This document shows positions 1-12,164 of a stretch of DNA of 64,000 bases, in pieces. The stretch lies in the NCBI GenBank assembly GCA_001244265.2, contig CDLV01000005.1, positions 2,852,001 to 2,916,000 on the forward strand. Direction: 5' to 3'. Made by a program: the position numbers and the translations under genes. The notes under the pieces were generated by a model, which ran no database searches, was not told where the DNA came from, and saw only the letters and a program-made list of their open reading frames with translations. This DNA is from Microbotryum violaceum. Lineage: Eukaryota. Numbering within the stretch: position 1 is the stretch's first letter; each line of letters begins with the position of its first letter.

Positions 1-1068
1 GCCATGTCTTCGCAGCGAGATGGTCCCATGGACTGTACCAACCCTTTCAAGACGCATGAATGTGCTGTACTGCGTCCTTACCCCTACGCCTGCCTCTCCG
101 CGAGTTGGGTCGCTCGATTCCATTGGCCTCCCTTGAGTAGAACAGCTTGAGGTGGCTACACTTATGAGCAGCTTGATGGGCAACCAGGTTAGCCAGTTCA
201 GCGAGAAATTGGTATCGCGAGCATCGACAACTTGAGGTGGAAGTTTCAAGTGTGTGGGCTGTGTAGAACCAAACACGCGTGAGCTTAGACCAAAATTTCG
301 ATAGTTGAGCTTGGTAGACGCACGATTGGTCGTGAAAAGCTGTTTGCCTTCTCAACGGCCTCAAGTAGATGATAAGGTCGAGTACTGGGTGTGCTCGTCT
401 TTGGACAACTCGATGTGAAGAGACGCGTCGGCGGAGCGACATCGAAGGCGAGGAGCTCGGCGATCGTCATGTTCATGTTGGTGAGCGGCGATAATCAATC
501 GAAGGCATCGTTCAAGGCCTGCATGGGATGATGTTGTCGTGCTATGCTCAATCTCGGACCGAAGTGAAGCGGAACGGAACCTGCGCCCATTTTATTTATT
601 TATTTGTCCTTTCGGTGGAATGGGAAAGATTCAACTCGACGCGAAGTCAAATTAGGTTGTGGATGTAAAGTTTGCAACTAGCAAATGACCTAAGCTCGGT
701 TATAAACCTCACTGCTATACCCTTTCAATATCTAATCGGCCTAATTCCTCACAGCCACTTAACTCAAGTGATTACCGAAGATGGCTAGTACTAAGTGAGT
801 TGTTCAAGCGCGAGCATCGCGAAACGCATCTCGAAGCGAAGGCAAACGGGCCCAAAGTCGGGCCCGTAGGCTGCTCAGGGTAGGCCAAAATTGGGCCGAC
901 TAATGGGAAAATGTCAAAATCTAGACATGCGCCTCGGGGGCGAAACGTGTGTTTCGGCCCAAAATGTCAATTTTTTGCAATGCGCCTCGACGATTTTCAG
1001 GATTTTGGGCCCTCAAAATGTCAAAAAAAAAAAAAAAATGCGCCTCCGGCTGGGCTTTCGGGGGTCCT
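1..1068 (-). mobile_element. Right part of an unclassified TIR DNA transposon (same family as 9708-12047); other end lies outside the window
   Basis: Ends in GCGCCTCCGGCTGGGCTTTCGGGGGTCCT (1040-1068), matching the TIR of the 9708-12047 element. Three AAAATGTCAA...ATGCGCCTC units at 908, 961 and 1015. Frameshifted minus-strand peptide (AHKCSHL/AVLLKG...HSCVLKGLVQSMG) is homologous to that element's ORF. Confidence 0.8.
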
Positions 1069-1170
1069 AGCCCGCCAGAGCCCGTCGATCCGTGCCAGCC
1101 CCTCGACGCGTCGTCGGAGTGCTTGACTTCGCGCCGATTCACCGTCAACCAGCGCACCAGGTCGCGCAAC

Positions 1171-3255
1171 ATGTACGCCGGCAAAAGAGCGCCTCTCTCC
1201 TCGAGGTCGCTCAACAATAACACCAAGAACTCGGGCGCGTCCACGTCATCCTCCTCGGTTGCAGGAGGTGCGGGGGTCGTCGCGGTCAAAGGCGAGGTGA
1301 CGCGTCATTCGGTGCGCTCGGCGAAATACCCGCATCGACTCAACTTCTACGAAAGACCACCGCAGGAGGAGATCACGATCGAGCAGTTTGAAGAATGGGC
1401 TATCGACCGTCTGAGGCGTACGTACCTTGCGTCTCTTCTTTGGTGTAGGGGCGTATGCCGCTTCGCGTGCGACATGGAAGCGCGCCTCGACGCGTCGAGC
1501 AGCCACGGCGAGGCCATGCCGTTCATCCCCGCTGATCGTCTGCCATCCCCCAACAGTACTCGCCAACATTGAAGCCGCTCAAGCACGTAACAAGTCGCAC
1601 GACGATATCCGCCAGCTTGTGCTCGAACGCAGCAAAGCGCATTTGCCCCTGTCGGGCGATTCTATCAAATCGGCCGACGTCGAGATGGAGCGTAAGAAGG
1701 ATCTCTACTCGCACTTTGTCCTTCGTTTGGCCTTCTGTCGCTCGTGAGTCAGGATCGTTGAGCGGCTACATGCGCTGGAATGTTACTCATCGCGTGGATC
1801 GAGATATTATCTTCTTTAGGGAGGAACTGAGGCAGCGCTTCCTCAGAGTCGAGACCGTACTCTTCAAGATCCGCTACGAATCCGATGATGTCGAGGACCG
1901 ACGGAGCTTCATCGACTCGCTCAACTTTGGCTGGGATGTCGTTGGGCAAGAGGAGAAGATGACGCTGAAGAAAGAGTTGGCCAATGCGAGTTGGATGAAG
2001 GAGGATCGAATCGAGTTTGAACGCTTCTTCAAGGTGAGTTCGGCTACCACGTGAGAAAGCTCCGCGTAGACACGAGAGTGCTGATAGATCTATGGCGATT
2101 GGTCATTGTGCAGGTTGATTGGACTCAAGTCACCGATTTGGTCGCTAGACGGGCTGTCTACCTCCAGGCGGGGAAAGCCTTTGTACCGCATCGAGAAGAG
2201 CTCTCCTTGGTCCTGGCCGAATTCTCCGCGCGGTTATCCCGTGGCCTTGAGGCGAGTGAAAGGTCTCATAATTCGGCGACGAGAATGTTAGAACTGAAGA
2301 TAGGGATGCACCTTGCCTCCACAGCAAACTGCCAAAGCTCTGCCTCGACTTGATGAGGACTCGCGCCTCTTGCCCGTACTCGAGCATCTCTCGATGGGCT
2401 TCGAGGCGAGCATCGCCTCCGAATACACCTTCACTGGCGCCGAAGATGGCGAAGCGATCCGGGCTGAGATGGTTCCCGCCCTGGCGCAGCAGAGTTTCCC
2501 CATGTGCATGCGCTCGCTGCAGGAGACGCTCAAGTCGAGCAAGCATCTCAAGCACGAGGGAAGGTTGCAGTACAACCTCTTTCTCAAGGTAAGCTGTGCT
2601 GAACTGTCAATCCGTGTAGTCGCTGACTGTGTGTCTTGCGCTTCTGTACCAGGGAATCGGCCTCTCGGTCGAAGAAGCCATCGTCTTTTGGCGCCAATCC
2701 TTCAGCAACATCACAGCCGACAAGTTCAAAAAGGACTACCAATACAACATCCGCCACGGATACGGACTCGAAGGCTCGCGCAAGAATTACGCCCCTCGCT
2801 CTTGTTCGCAAATCATCATGGGCGTCGCACCCGGTCCGGGCCAAGCCCATGGTTGCCCTTTCCGTCATTACGACGAGGCCAACTTGCAGACCAAGTTACA
2901 GTCGACGTATAACCTTGATGCGTCGGATACGAGGGAGATCATGTCCAGTGTCAAGGGCAAGCATTACCATGTCGCTTGTACGAGGTTGTTCGAGATTCAG
3001 CATGCTAAGTGTGGAGTTGTCAAGGGGGATGGGATAGGGAAGGGGGATAGTGTCGATCATCCGAACAAGTACTTCGATCGTAGTCGCGCGTTGGTCAAGG
3101 AAAAGATGGAGAGGGATGGCATCGTCGATTCGAATGCGGTCAAAGCGGATGCGAAACTTAGCGTGATTCAGAGGGATGAAGCTAAATCTGCGGTCGTGGT
3201 CAGGCCTGAAACGGTCGAAGAGGGCTCGTCATCGGCGATGGACGTGGATGGCTGA
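1171..3255 (+). CDS. PRI2: DNA primase large subunit (p58), spliced
   Basis: N-terminal LNFYERPP..EITIEQFEEWAIDRL and KDLYSHFVLRLAFCRS motifs. C-terminal 4Fe-4S domain motifs FPMCM, HLKHEGRLQY, YNIRHGYGLEG, CSQII, HGCPF, HYHVAC, HPNKYF. GT-AG introns plus one GC-AG intron (2252-2324). Confidence 0.96.
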
Positions 3256-3395
3256 TGGGTGTTCTTGGTTTAGATGAACACCTCTTTGTTCTCTTGTTGT
3301 GTACCATTTGCACTTGTAACTCCCACGTATCTTATGACCCAAGCCGCCTCGTGAACGCTCATTTAATCATTACAACATGCTCCGCTAAGCGTCCA

Positions 3396-5757
3396 TCATC
3401 CCAACGACATGCGACTAATTTCGTCCCCCATCTTCTCCCCCCCATTCCTCTCCTCCCTCTCCAATCTCCCAACAAAGCTCAAGAACCCACCCGCAGCCGT
3501 CCCTGTACCTGTTCCTCTGCCCGCACTAGAAGATAAAGAGCTTGGCACGGGGGAAGCGGCTCGACTCCTTGTTCCGAAATAAGACATGTGCGTTGGGCCT
3601 AGTGTGGGCGAAGGTATGGAAATGGGTAAAGAACCGGCCGAGAAAGTGGCGGAGGAGGAAGCGAGGGCCGGTGGCGTGGAGGTGGAGATATGGCTGGAAG
3701 AGGTTGAACCGAGGAGACCTGTTGTGGAGGAGGTGAAGGAGAGGAGAGGCGAGGCGACGGAGGGGGAGAGGGATGAGGCAGCGGGGGATACGGCGCGGCG
3801 TTTGAATGCGATAGCATAGGGCTCAAAACGGTCGTCGTTCACTGTTACAAATAGGCGATCAGCATCCGACGTTGACGAACGCTGTTCTTATCGCGGAAGA
3901 CTTACGTTTCCGTTTGCCCAGCCTGGCGGATGACTGCCAATTCGGCGTTTGCGGCGCCTCCATCTCCATCGATTTCTTCTCTCCCATCCCCCCACTCCCC
4001 GGACTCCTCCCGCTATGCGTAGTCACCAAAGCTGCCCCTCCAAGTCCTCCTCCATTGTTACTCCCCGACGAAGCGCTATGCGTCGAAGTAACAGGATTAC
4101 TCGAGTTCCCATTTCTGAACCCGGTCCATAAGTTCGCCTTTGCACGTTGTTCCAATTCCTCCCCCTCCGTCTCGTACCCTCCCAAAGACATTGTCCCACC
4201 CCAGTCCGAACCCGCTTCATCAAGGGCTAAATCATCCCCATCTGAACTGGGTGGGGATGGCGCGCCGTCGACATCGTCAATCTGTTCGGGGAATCGATTC
4301 GCGAGTCCTGTTGAAGTGGCCGATTCGGTTGAAGGGAGAGGGAAGGAGCTTGCGTTGAGGGAGGATATGGAGGAACGTGATCCGGTTATGGGAGAGGCTC
4401 CAGATCTAGAGAGACGGTGGAGTGCGGCTTCGGAGAGCACTTCGGCTAGATTGGCGGGACCAGATTCGGAGCGGAATTCGGACAAGACGCGCAAATGGGA
4501 TTTCGATTTCGGCTGCGGGGGTGGTCGAGGATAGATGGGCAACGTCAGCAGATCACTTCTGTAGAAACGAGAATTGGTATGGAGCTGGGCACTGACCAAC
4601 AGATTCGGTTTCCTCGAAACCGCTCTCCTCACGACCCCGGCCCTCGCCGTATTCCCTTCCTCCCCACTCCCACTCCCACTCCTCGAATCATGAGGCCTGA
4701 ACATGAGGTTCAACTCGTTCGACGGACCCGTCGGTAACTTCATCTCATTCGTTACGCCCGCCATCGAAGCTTCCCCATCCGAACTTGATCTCCTCGACCC
4801 TTCAATGACCATCTGGTTCAGATCCTCGCCAAAGAGTCTTCGTTGGAGGAAGGGAGGAGGGGTCTTTTGTTCGGTCTGCCCGGACAAGGCTTTCGCGATC
4901 GCCGCGGGGGAAGGAGGGATATGTTTCACCGAGGAAGGGAGGGAAGGGGTTCTCGATCGGCCATGGGGTGATTCTGTAGGGGCGTTCGCGCGTTGAAAAT
5001 TGGGTCGATTGAAATTCGGGATCGAGTCCTCGGTTGATATTTCGCGAATCGCATTGAGGGTAGGGGACCCTATCATCATGGGACTATCGGAGGGGGAATC
5101 GTCACCTCGGGACGACGATTGTGGATGTCGCATCCCTCCTGCCGTTGTGTCGAGATCAGATTCCATCCCTCTCAGCACGGCAGCATCGTCATCGTCATCG
5201 GCGAAAACCGAGTCGGATGGGGAAGGAGAATTCGGACCCGAGGCCCTTGCGTAGATGGGTTCGCAGGATCCCAAGGTCGAGTTCTTGCGAAAGTGAGGGT
5301 TCGAAATGGGTACTGACCCCTGTGCGGTGGAAGATAGCCCACCGACGATGGAGGGTGGACGAGCAGGGGAGGTCGAGATAGAGCCGGGCGAGGTCCAAGG
5401 TGTTGGCGGAGCGCCACTTAAGCCGCCGGCTGAGCCCGAGCCTGCACCTGAATTGGCACCATCAGTGAATGGCGGGGTGCACGTCGACGGAAACGCGATC
5501 GACGGCGTAGATTCCATCCCGGTGGGGTCCATCGAAGCGGCATTCATCGGTCCTACAAACAGACTCGATGTCGAAGCCATGTTGCATTGGCTAGTCGTAC
5601 TCGTACCCTGGTGCATGGCGGCGCGGTGAGGTGCTTGGCGCAGATTGAACGATGAGAACGACGACTGGAACGACGTCGCTGGGGTCAAACTCGACCCATC
5701 CTGACCAGGTTGGGAGCGTTGAGCTGGCCAAGACGATGAACCCGAGGGGTCACTCAT
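3396..5757 (-). CDS. Ser/Pro-rich, probably disordered conserved fungal protein of unknown function (about 2 introns)
   Basis: Long ORF 3859-5817 splices to 3396-3842, giving the motif LGKRK..NDDRFEPY..FKRRAVSP. First ATG at 5757; start uncertain. Confidence 0.7.
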
Positions 5758-6049
5758 CGCTTGTGGGTGAATGCCAGTTTGCAGGGCGATTGATGGACCG
5801 GAACTGCGAGTGAACACGTTCAGAGCAGCGCGCAGCGTGTCGCGCTGAGGTCTATTACGTCGCCGAATCGGCTTCGCTCGTCTCCCAAGTGGGCCAATAT
5901 CGGCGGGCGTGGAGCATCTCGGCGACCCATGCAGGACTACAGCATAAAGAGCGCAGCGAGGAATTCCATCCTCTTAAAAGAATAAATTATGCAGTCGGCT
6001 GAGATACTAAATTGAAGCCACCCATCCGTTCAACCACCTCGCATATACC

Positions 6050-9000
6050 TCACTTGCGCCTTCGCCTCGAACCTTTTGTTGGATCTTGGGTGTAGAACGT
6101 GATGCACTGTCCAATCAAATCGAGCAATCCGAGAGTGAATTCATACGTTCCAAACCGTGAAGGCAAAGATCACGCACCTGATCGTCCAACCACTTCGCCA
6201 AGACCGCTTTTGCAACCTTGATCTTGCTCCCCGTCGCGAGCGCAACGATATCATCGAAGAAGATGGGCTGTGCTCGTTGGTGACGCATACAACATCAGCG
6301 ATAGCTCCGAAGCATTAAAGCTGGAATCAAGTCTTCATTGCGCACCTCATATCTCAGAACTTTGAGATAGATCGCTTCGTGCGCCAGGACGGATTCGCGC
6401 ATCTTGGCGCTCAAACTGCGTTCGTCGACCACTTCTTCTTCCGACGCGTCGGCTGCCTTGTCCTTCTTCTTCTTCTTGGTCTTCTTCGCAGCAGCGGCTT
6501 TGGGTTTCTTGACTTTGGGCGACTTCGTGGGTGGTTCAGGGGGGTGCATCGCGATCCATACTTTGATGAGTTGATCGACTAACACGCTCTTCTCCTTCGA
6601 GACGCGGAAGCCGAAGCCTTTAACTTGTCGTCGAAGTGTTTCCAGTGGCTGGCTCGAATAGTCTGGGCATCCAGGAGGCGGATTGACCGAGTTGTAAACG
6701 GTGACTTCGTCAGGCCCTGACGAGGCGGACGAAGAAGGAGAGGAGATCGAGGTAGGAGTCGAGGCCTTTCGAGGTCGTCCGACTTTCCTCCCCGTCGATT
6801 TCGTAGCCGACCTCTTCGCTACAGCAGCAATAGGCTCCTCTTCGCTCGACGACGACCCATCGTCCGAAACCGCGAGTGTCCCAATCTCTTCCCGACCATC
6901 CCACATCATCACCCCGTCGTTGTAAATCGCGTCTTCCCACGCACCCTCGCCAAGGTCCGATGCCGAATCGCTCTTTGCATCGTCATCGTCGTCAATCACC
7001 ATCGCATCCGTAACTGAGCGCGAAGGCCGATCTGGTCCTCCGGTGCCACTCGCAGCAGAGATATCATCATCTCTGCCCAAACCAAGCGCAGTCATCGATG
7101 ACCTGAGTGCCCGAGTCGGCGAACCGTCCATAGTGCTCGGTGTATCCATTTGCACCTCCACGCGACGTCGATGCGGAGTCAGACGATCGTGTTCGGGCGT
7201 AGAGAGGAGGAGCAGCGAGCTAGGGGACGAGGGAGGGGAGACGGGGTGGGTGGAAAGGCGGGTACGAGTTGGGGGCGGTGACTTGGATTCAGGTCAGTCT
7301 TTCTGCAGGCGCCTCGGAAACTTTACCGCTTCACGCCGGAAGGCAGGATGATTACTCACCACAACCTCTTGGATAATCTCGTCGTCGTGCCCAGCCGCAG
7401 CGGACCACAGGGATCGAGTAAGCCTTTCCTCATCCGTGTCGGAATCGGAATCAGAAGATTTGGACGCCTTACTCCGCACTCGACGCTTGGTTTTGGGCAC
7501 AAGTTTCGAAGGTATCGCGACAGCTTGGATCTCGTTCGTTTCGGCGCAATTTTCGACGAGGGAAGATGGAGCAAAGAGCTGAGTCGATGGAAGCTCCATC
7601 ATTTGATCCGCATCGAGTGAATCGTCGACGAGGAAGACGTCGCCCTCGTCGCTTTGACTTTCGCGCCTCTTCGATGGGGCCTGCGTCAGGCCCGACCCAC
7701 CGAGAGCGCCTAAGGCACCTTCAATACGACCAGCGAATACTTGCCTTGAACTGGCCGATTCAGGTTTAAGGACCCCGGTCGCCCTGGGCGTCTGAGCTTG
7801 CCCCCATTCCTTCTTAGCCTCTTCTTCACCCCTTCTCCGCTCCCTCTCCCACCCCTCTCGACGAATCTCAGCAGCTTCTCGAATGACCTTATCCCTCGTC
7901 GGTTTCCTCATCCCCTTCTCCAACTCGGTCTGCATCTTCCCAATCTCTTTACCCTCCTTGGTCCATTCGGCACCGTCTCCCACCTCGACCCCCACGACTG
8001 TGACTACTCGAATATGAGCATTCGCGCCCTCCCCCTTGCCGACCATCCGATCGAACAACGTCCGCGATGGATCGAGTCGTCTCGATTCCGCTTCGGCAGC
8101 AAGATTGAGAATCTGTTGTTCGACGCGCACACGCACAGTTTCGGATGTGTAGTCCTTGGTCAAGGCACACGTTCGTAGGTGCCCTTCCTTCCATTCCGCA
8201 GAACGACTTGTGGAGAAGTACAGATCGCAGAGAGGACATCGATCGAGTAGGCGGACTCGAGCACGTGAGGGTAAGACGACAGGGTCAACCGAGGGAAATA
8301 GAAGGACTTTCTTCTTTCTTCGTTTCAACGCCAATGTGTCGTCTTTGGTTGGTTTTTCGTACTTGAAGCGATCCAGCTGGAGTCGTGAACCGACGGGCGG
8401 AGCAAGATCACCTTCCGAATCGGAATTCTGGTCGCTTTCCGAAGTGTTAGATCGGAGATCATAAACCTCAATGCTCGAATCCATCATCACGTCCAAAGCT
8501 GAACTGGGGCTCGAGGGGACCGGTGAAGGGGGTGGTATCATGCGCTCCTTGCCCTTGTTCTTGACTTTGTTCGGCACCCGCTTGGTCGGTTTGAGGATCA
8601 CCTCCGGTTTGGGTGGAGAGTGATCGGAGCCACTCGCGCTTTCGCTCAGTAGGTCGGCGGCGGTTTGGTGGATCTTCATTTTCTTTTTGTCCGTCTTGGA
8701 AGAGGTGGTCGATACGTCGGCGCGGTAAATCGAGGTCGAGTACGGTCTCTTCATAGAGTATGAAGCTGACGACGAATTCGACTCGATCGACAACTTCCTC
8801 ATATGGCTCGAGGTCGAGGCCAAAGGGGCAGCGCGTTGACGCTCCCAAGGCGGGATCCGTCGTCCAAGAAGCTTGGGCACACTCGTCGAAGTAGAAGGGA
8901 CGGGCTCGTTCGGCTCGGATGACGTAGTCGATGCACCTAGATCCAGCCGGACGGAATGTGAGGCTATAGGAGCATCTTCCTCGTCCGATGCAGAACCAGG

Positions 9001-9177
9001 CCGAGCTCGCTCAGGTTCAGAATCTTCAATCAGCTCGGCGGGAGACTCTGATCGCGACCGCATGACCCTGGTCCACAAGCTTGGAGCCCACGGAGGGTCC
9101 CAATGAATCTTTGAAGTTGCAGCGTTGCTCTGTGCTGGAATTGGGGTGACTTGGCCTGCGGAGTGCGAGCGTGCCAT
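6050..9177 (-). CDS. SLX4: Structure-specific endonuclease scaffold subunit Slx4 (start uncertain; ORF is open to 9564)
   Basis: SAP-like PDYSSQPLETLRRQVKGFGFRVSKEKSVLVDQLIKVW, followed by the Slx1-binding domain IYLKVLRYE|PIFFDDI...LAKWLDDQ|CITFYT across introns. Upstream CPLC..HLRTC zinc-finger-like motif. Stop TGA at 6050-6052. Confidence 0.85.
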
Positions 9178-9707
9178 CGAAGTGTGGGCCGGAGAAGTGG
9201 GTCGTTTTTGACATGAGCACTGTTGGACGCGCGTCGCACGAAGCAGCCACCGAGGATGAACCAACTCACGAGGTATTATCAGGGCATGCGCATTCCAGCA
9301 GCGATCTACAGCCAATCCCACGGTGCGATACCGTGTGAGAAGGGTCGTGATGGTGCGTGATGAGGCTGGGGTGGAATAGGAGGTGGTGGAACTCGATGAT
9401 GTGACGCGTCGATCGAGCGAGGTGGCTCCTACTAAAAGTTGTGAGGGGAAAGGGTGGCCTCGTATGCGCCAATGTGCCAAATAGGATGTATGCGCACGGC
9501 AAAGGAGGACCAAGAAGTGGCAGTAGCTGAAGCTGGCAGACTGGTGGGATGTCGCACAAGACAAGCTCGCACGAGCTGCGACACGCGACCTCGCTCGCCT
9601 TTTGCGCTACGCCGCTGCATCTACCCAAATCTCGCTTTGGCCTTTCGCGCGTTCCCCCACGTCTCCCCACGTCACGCGCTGTCAAGCCTTGTCAAGCGTC
9701 CTGCGCG

Positions 9708-12047
9708 AGGACCCCCGAAAGCCCAGCTTGAGGCGCGTAGGTAAAATCCGCCAAAATTCCCGATTTTGGACCTCATTTGTCCACCAATTTTTAGATTTTT
9801 CGGCCAAAAAGGTCCCCAAAATGTCCAGTCTATCTACGCGCGTCCAAAAATAGCTCTAGAACTGCTTCAAATGCTCTAAAACATCTTCAAAAATCGCGAA
9901 AACGCCGTCCGGACGTTTTTCGCCCGGACCGAATCGCCGGAGCCTGCGCGCGCGTCAGCCGCTTCAGTTCTGCTTCGCCGAGGGCCCCTCACCTGCACTT
10001 ACTGCCTACCTCTTTGACTATGATTTAACGTGGCCATGGTATACATGTAACGTACAGCGAGAGGTAATATCGATTGCAGTCACTCTGCGAAGCATTAAGC
10101 TAGCTACCGTGAGATGTACGAACCAAGTCCAATCGACAGTTGTTCTTCTCCTATGTTGCTGGCGTCACAACTGAGAGGTATCATGCCTCGTTTCAATACA
10201 AAGCAGACAACAGAGCCGATTTTCAAAGGCGTAGCTGACGTGACGTTTCCGTCGATCGACCCAAACGCTGGGTTCTTGGCGAATGCCGTGTATTGCCTTG
10301 CTCGCAATTGCATCCGTATCTGGGCAAGAGTGAACATTATTGATGAGCACTCTCTGGGCCATATGTGCAGAGCACAATTGCAGCTCACTTCTTTACGTCT
10401 GTCTTCGATGTACCCTATGTTTTCCGTCTCGTTTGCGGTCGAAAAGCGACTGAAGGTCGCTTGTCCTGTCCAACGAATGGACCTCGCAACTCCTGACACG
10501 GCTTCGAGACGGGCTGCACCCATTGAATGCACTAAGCCTCGGATGACACTGGAGTGCATTTCACCGTGCTTGGACAATTTTGCTTTTGGTGTGGGATCGG
10601 AAACTTGGGAAGTTGAGGTAGTGGCGCCGTGCCTTCCCTTGAGTAGGACAGCTCTGAGATGGAAGCATTGATGTGCCCGACGGTGCTGGATCAAGCTGTT
10701 CAGATCAAGCGCAAGCTGACGAGATTCGTGACGCAGAAGGGATGGGAGCCGAATAATCTGAGCCTGTGAAAGAATGCTGGTTCCATTCAGTGTTGCTACA
10801 CGAAACCAATTGCTTAGATGAACCTACACGACCCGGCAAGCTTTCATTTCACAATGACGTTGAGCAGGAAGTGTTCCTCTGCTTGAGCATCGGCCTCGTC
10901 ATAGGCCTGCTGAATGGCAAGCCTAGAATTGGAAGAGATGAGTGATCAGCTCAGAGAAGGTTGGTACAGGTCTCATGGCACTCAACTTACGGTGCAGCAT
11001 CATTGTTAAGGCCAAGAGCAGCTAAAGAGCGAACAGCGTTTTCAACCGACTTCCGCTCTTTCGGGTCCAGCACGACGAGACCTTTCTCCAAGCCACGTTG
11101 TCCCTAGGAAAAGCACGAAAAATAATCCCAATCAATCCACGTCATCGAACAGACGAACAATTTGGCTGCTTCCCAACGAAATCGAGCAGCGTGTGCAAAG
11201 ACGCGCTACACCCGAGGATCCTTGAGGGGGTATATTGCTCCTCTATGAGCAGTGACGGCAGCACCTCCAGAGCCTTTACGATGAGATGCTGACTTTTGAT
11301 GTCGACACCCAGATAAATTTCCATCCACTTTTGGCTGCTGATAACGATCGAACGCATGCGCTCGGCGTAATCTATATGCCGCCAGATCCTTCGGGCAGCC
11401 GGTGCCCAGCGATAGCAATTGACCGGTAACCTTGCTCACGCGCCGCAGTAATTGCTCCACGATCCTTGAACTTGTCCGTCCAAGCATCGAGCGGCCTAGG
11501 AAGAGTATCACACTCGAGAGGCTCGTCTGTCGACCATAAAAGCTGTATCTGGGTTATCTGGGTGTCTGCAGTGGGCTGTCGAAGCGAAAGGCGAGAAGCT
11601 CGATATCCGGATCGTCTAGATACATTTCGTCGAAGCTGGCGAAGCGAGAACGTAGGATAATGACGATGATGGCGCAGACGACGCGACGCGGCGGGGGAGG
11701 CAAGAGACGGCGCACTCAGACGAGACGGCTCGTTCAACCAGCCAAGAGGCTTCTAATTGCAGAATCGAACCATTAGGGCCCTTGTTGTGAATTCGGTACA
11801 GGCCAAAGTGTTTCGCGCGCGCTCCGCACGTTCTTGAGGGTCGGCAAACTCTGGCGCACCAAGCCGAATGTGGCTGAAATGGGTCCAGATTTGTCCACTG
11901 GCACCTACGGGCCTAGGACCCCACCCGCACCGGCGCACCCTGATTTGTCCACCCCCGACTACGCGCCTTCGCGATTTTGGCCCATCTGAGGCCCACAATT
12001 TGTCCAGTCGGGCACTACGCGCCTCAGGCCGGGCTTTCGGGGGTCCT
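9708..12047 (-). mobile_element. Complete 2340-bp unclassified TIR DNA transposon with a degenerate intron-containing ORF
   Basis: 33-bp TIRs at 9708-9740 and 12015-12047 (AGGACCCCCGAAAGCCC(A/G)GC(T/C)TGAGGCGCGTAG, 2 mismatches). Perfect 8-bp TSD CCTGCGCG at 9700-9707 and 12048-12055. Confidence 0.92.
10104..11625 (-). pseudogene. Degenerate protein gene of unknown function carried by the TIR element
   Basis: Protein-like segments in shifting frames with stops, and one clear GTAAGT..CTAG intron (~10923-10990). Segment HQCFHLRAVLLKG...HSSVIRGLVHSMG is shared with the 1-300 region. Confidence 0.6.
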
Positions 12048-12164
12048 CCTGCGCGTCATGCGCGTCATGGCCCACCAGCCGCTGGCACCGCAAGCCGCTC
12101 CTTGGCACGTGACCGCGTCCTCGGTCGTACAGCCTTAGTTCGCTCCTCACTCTTCCATGCCATT

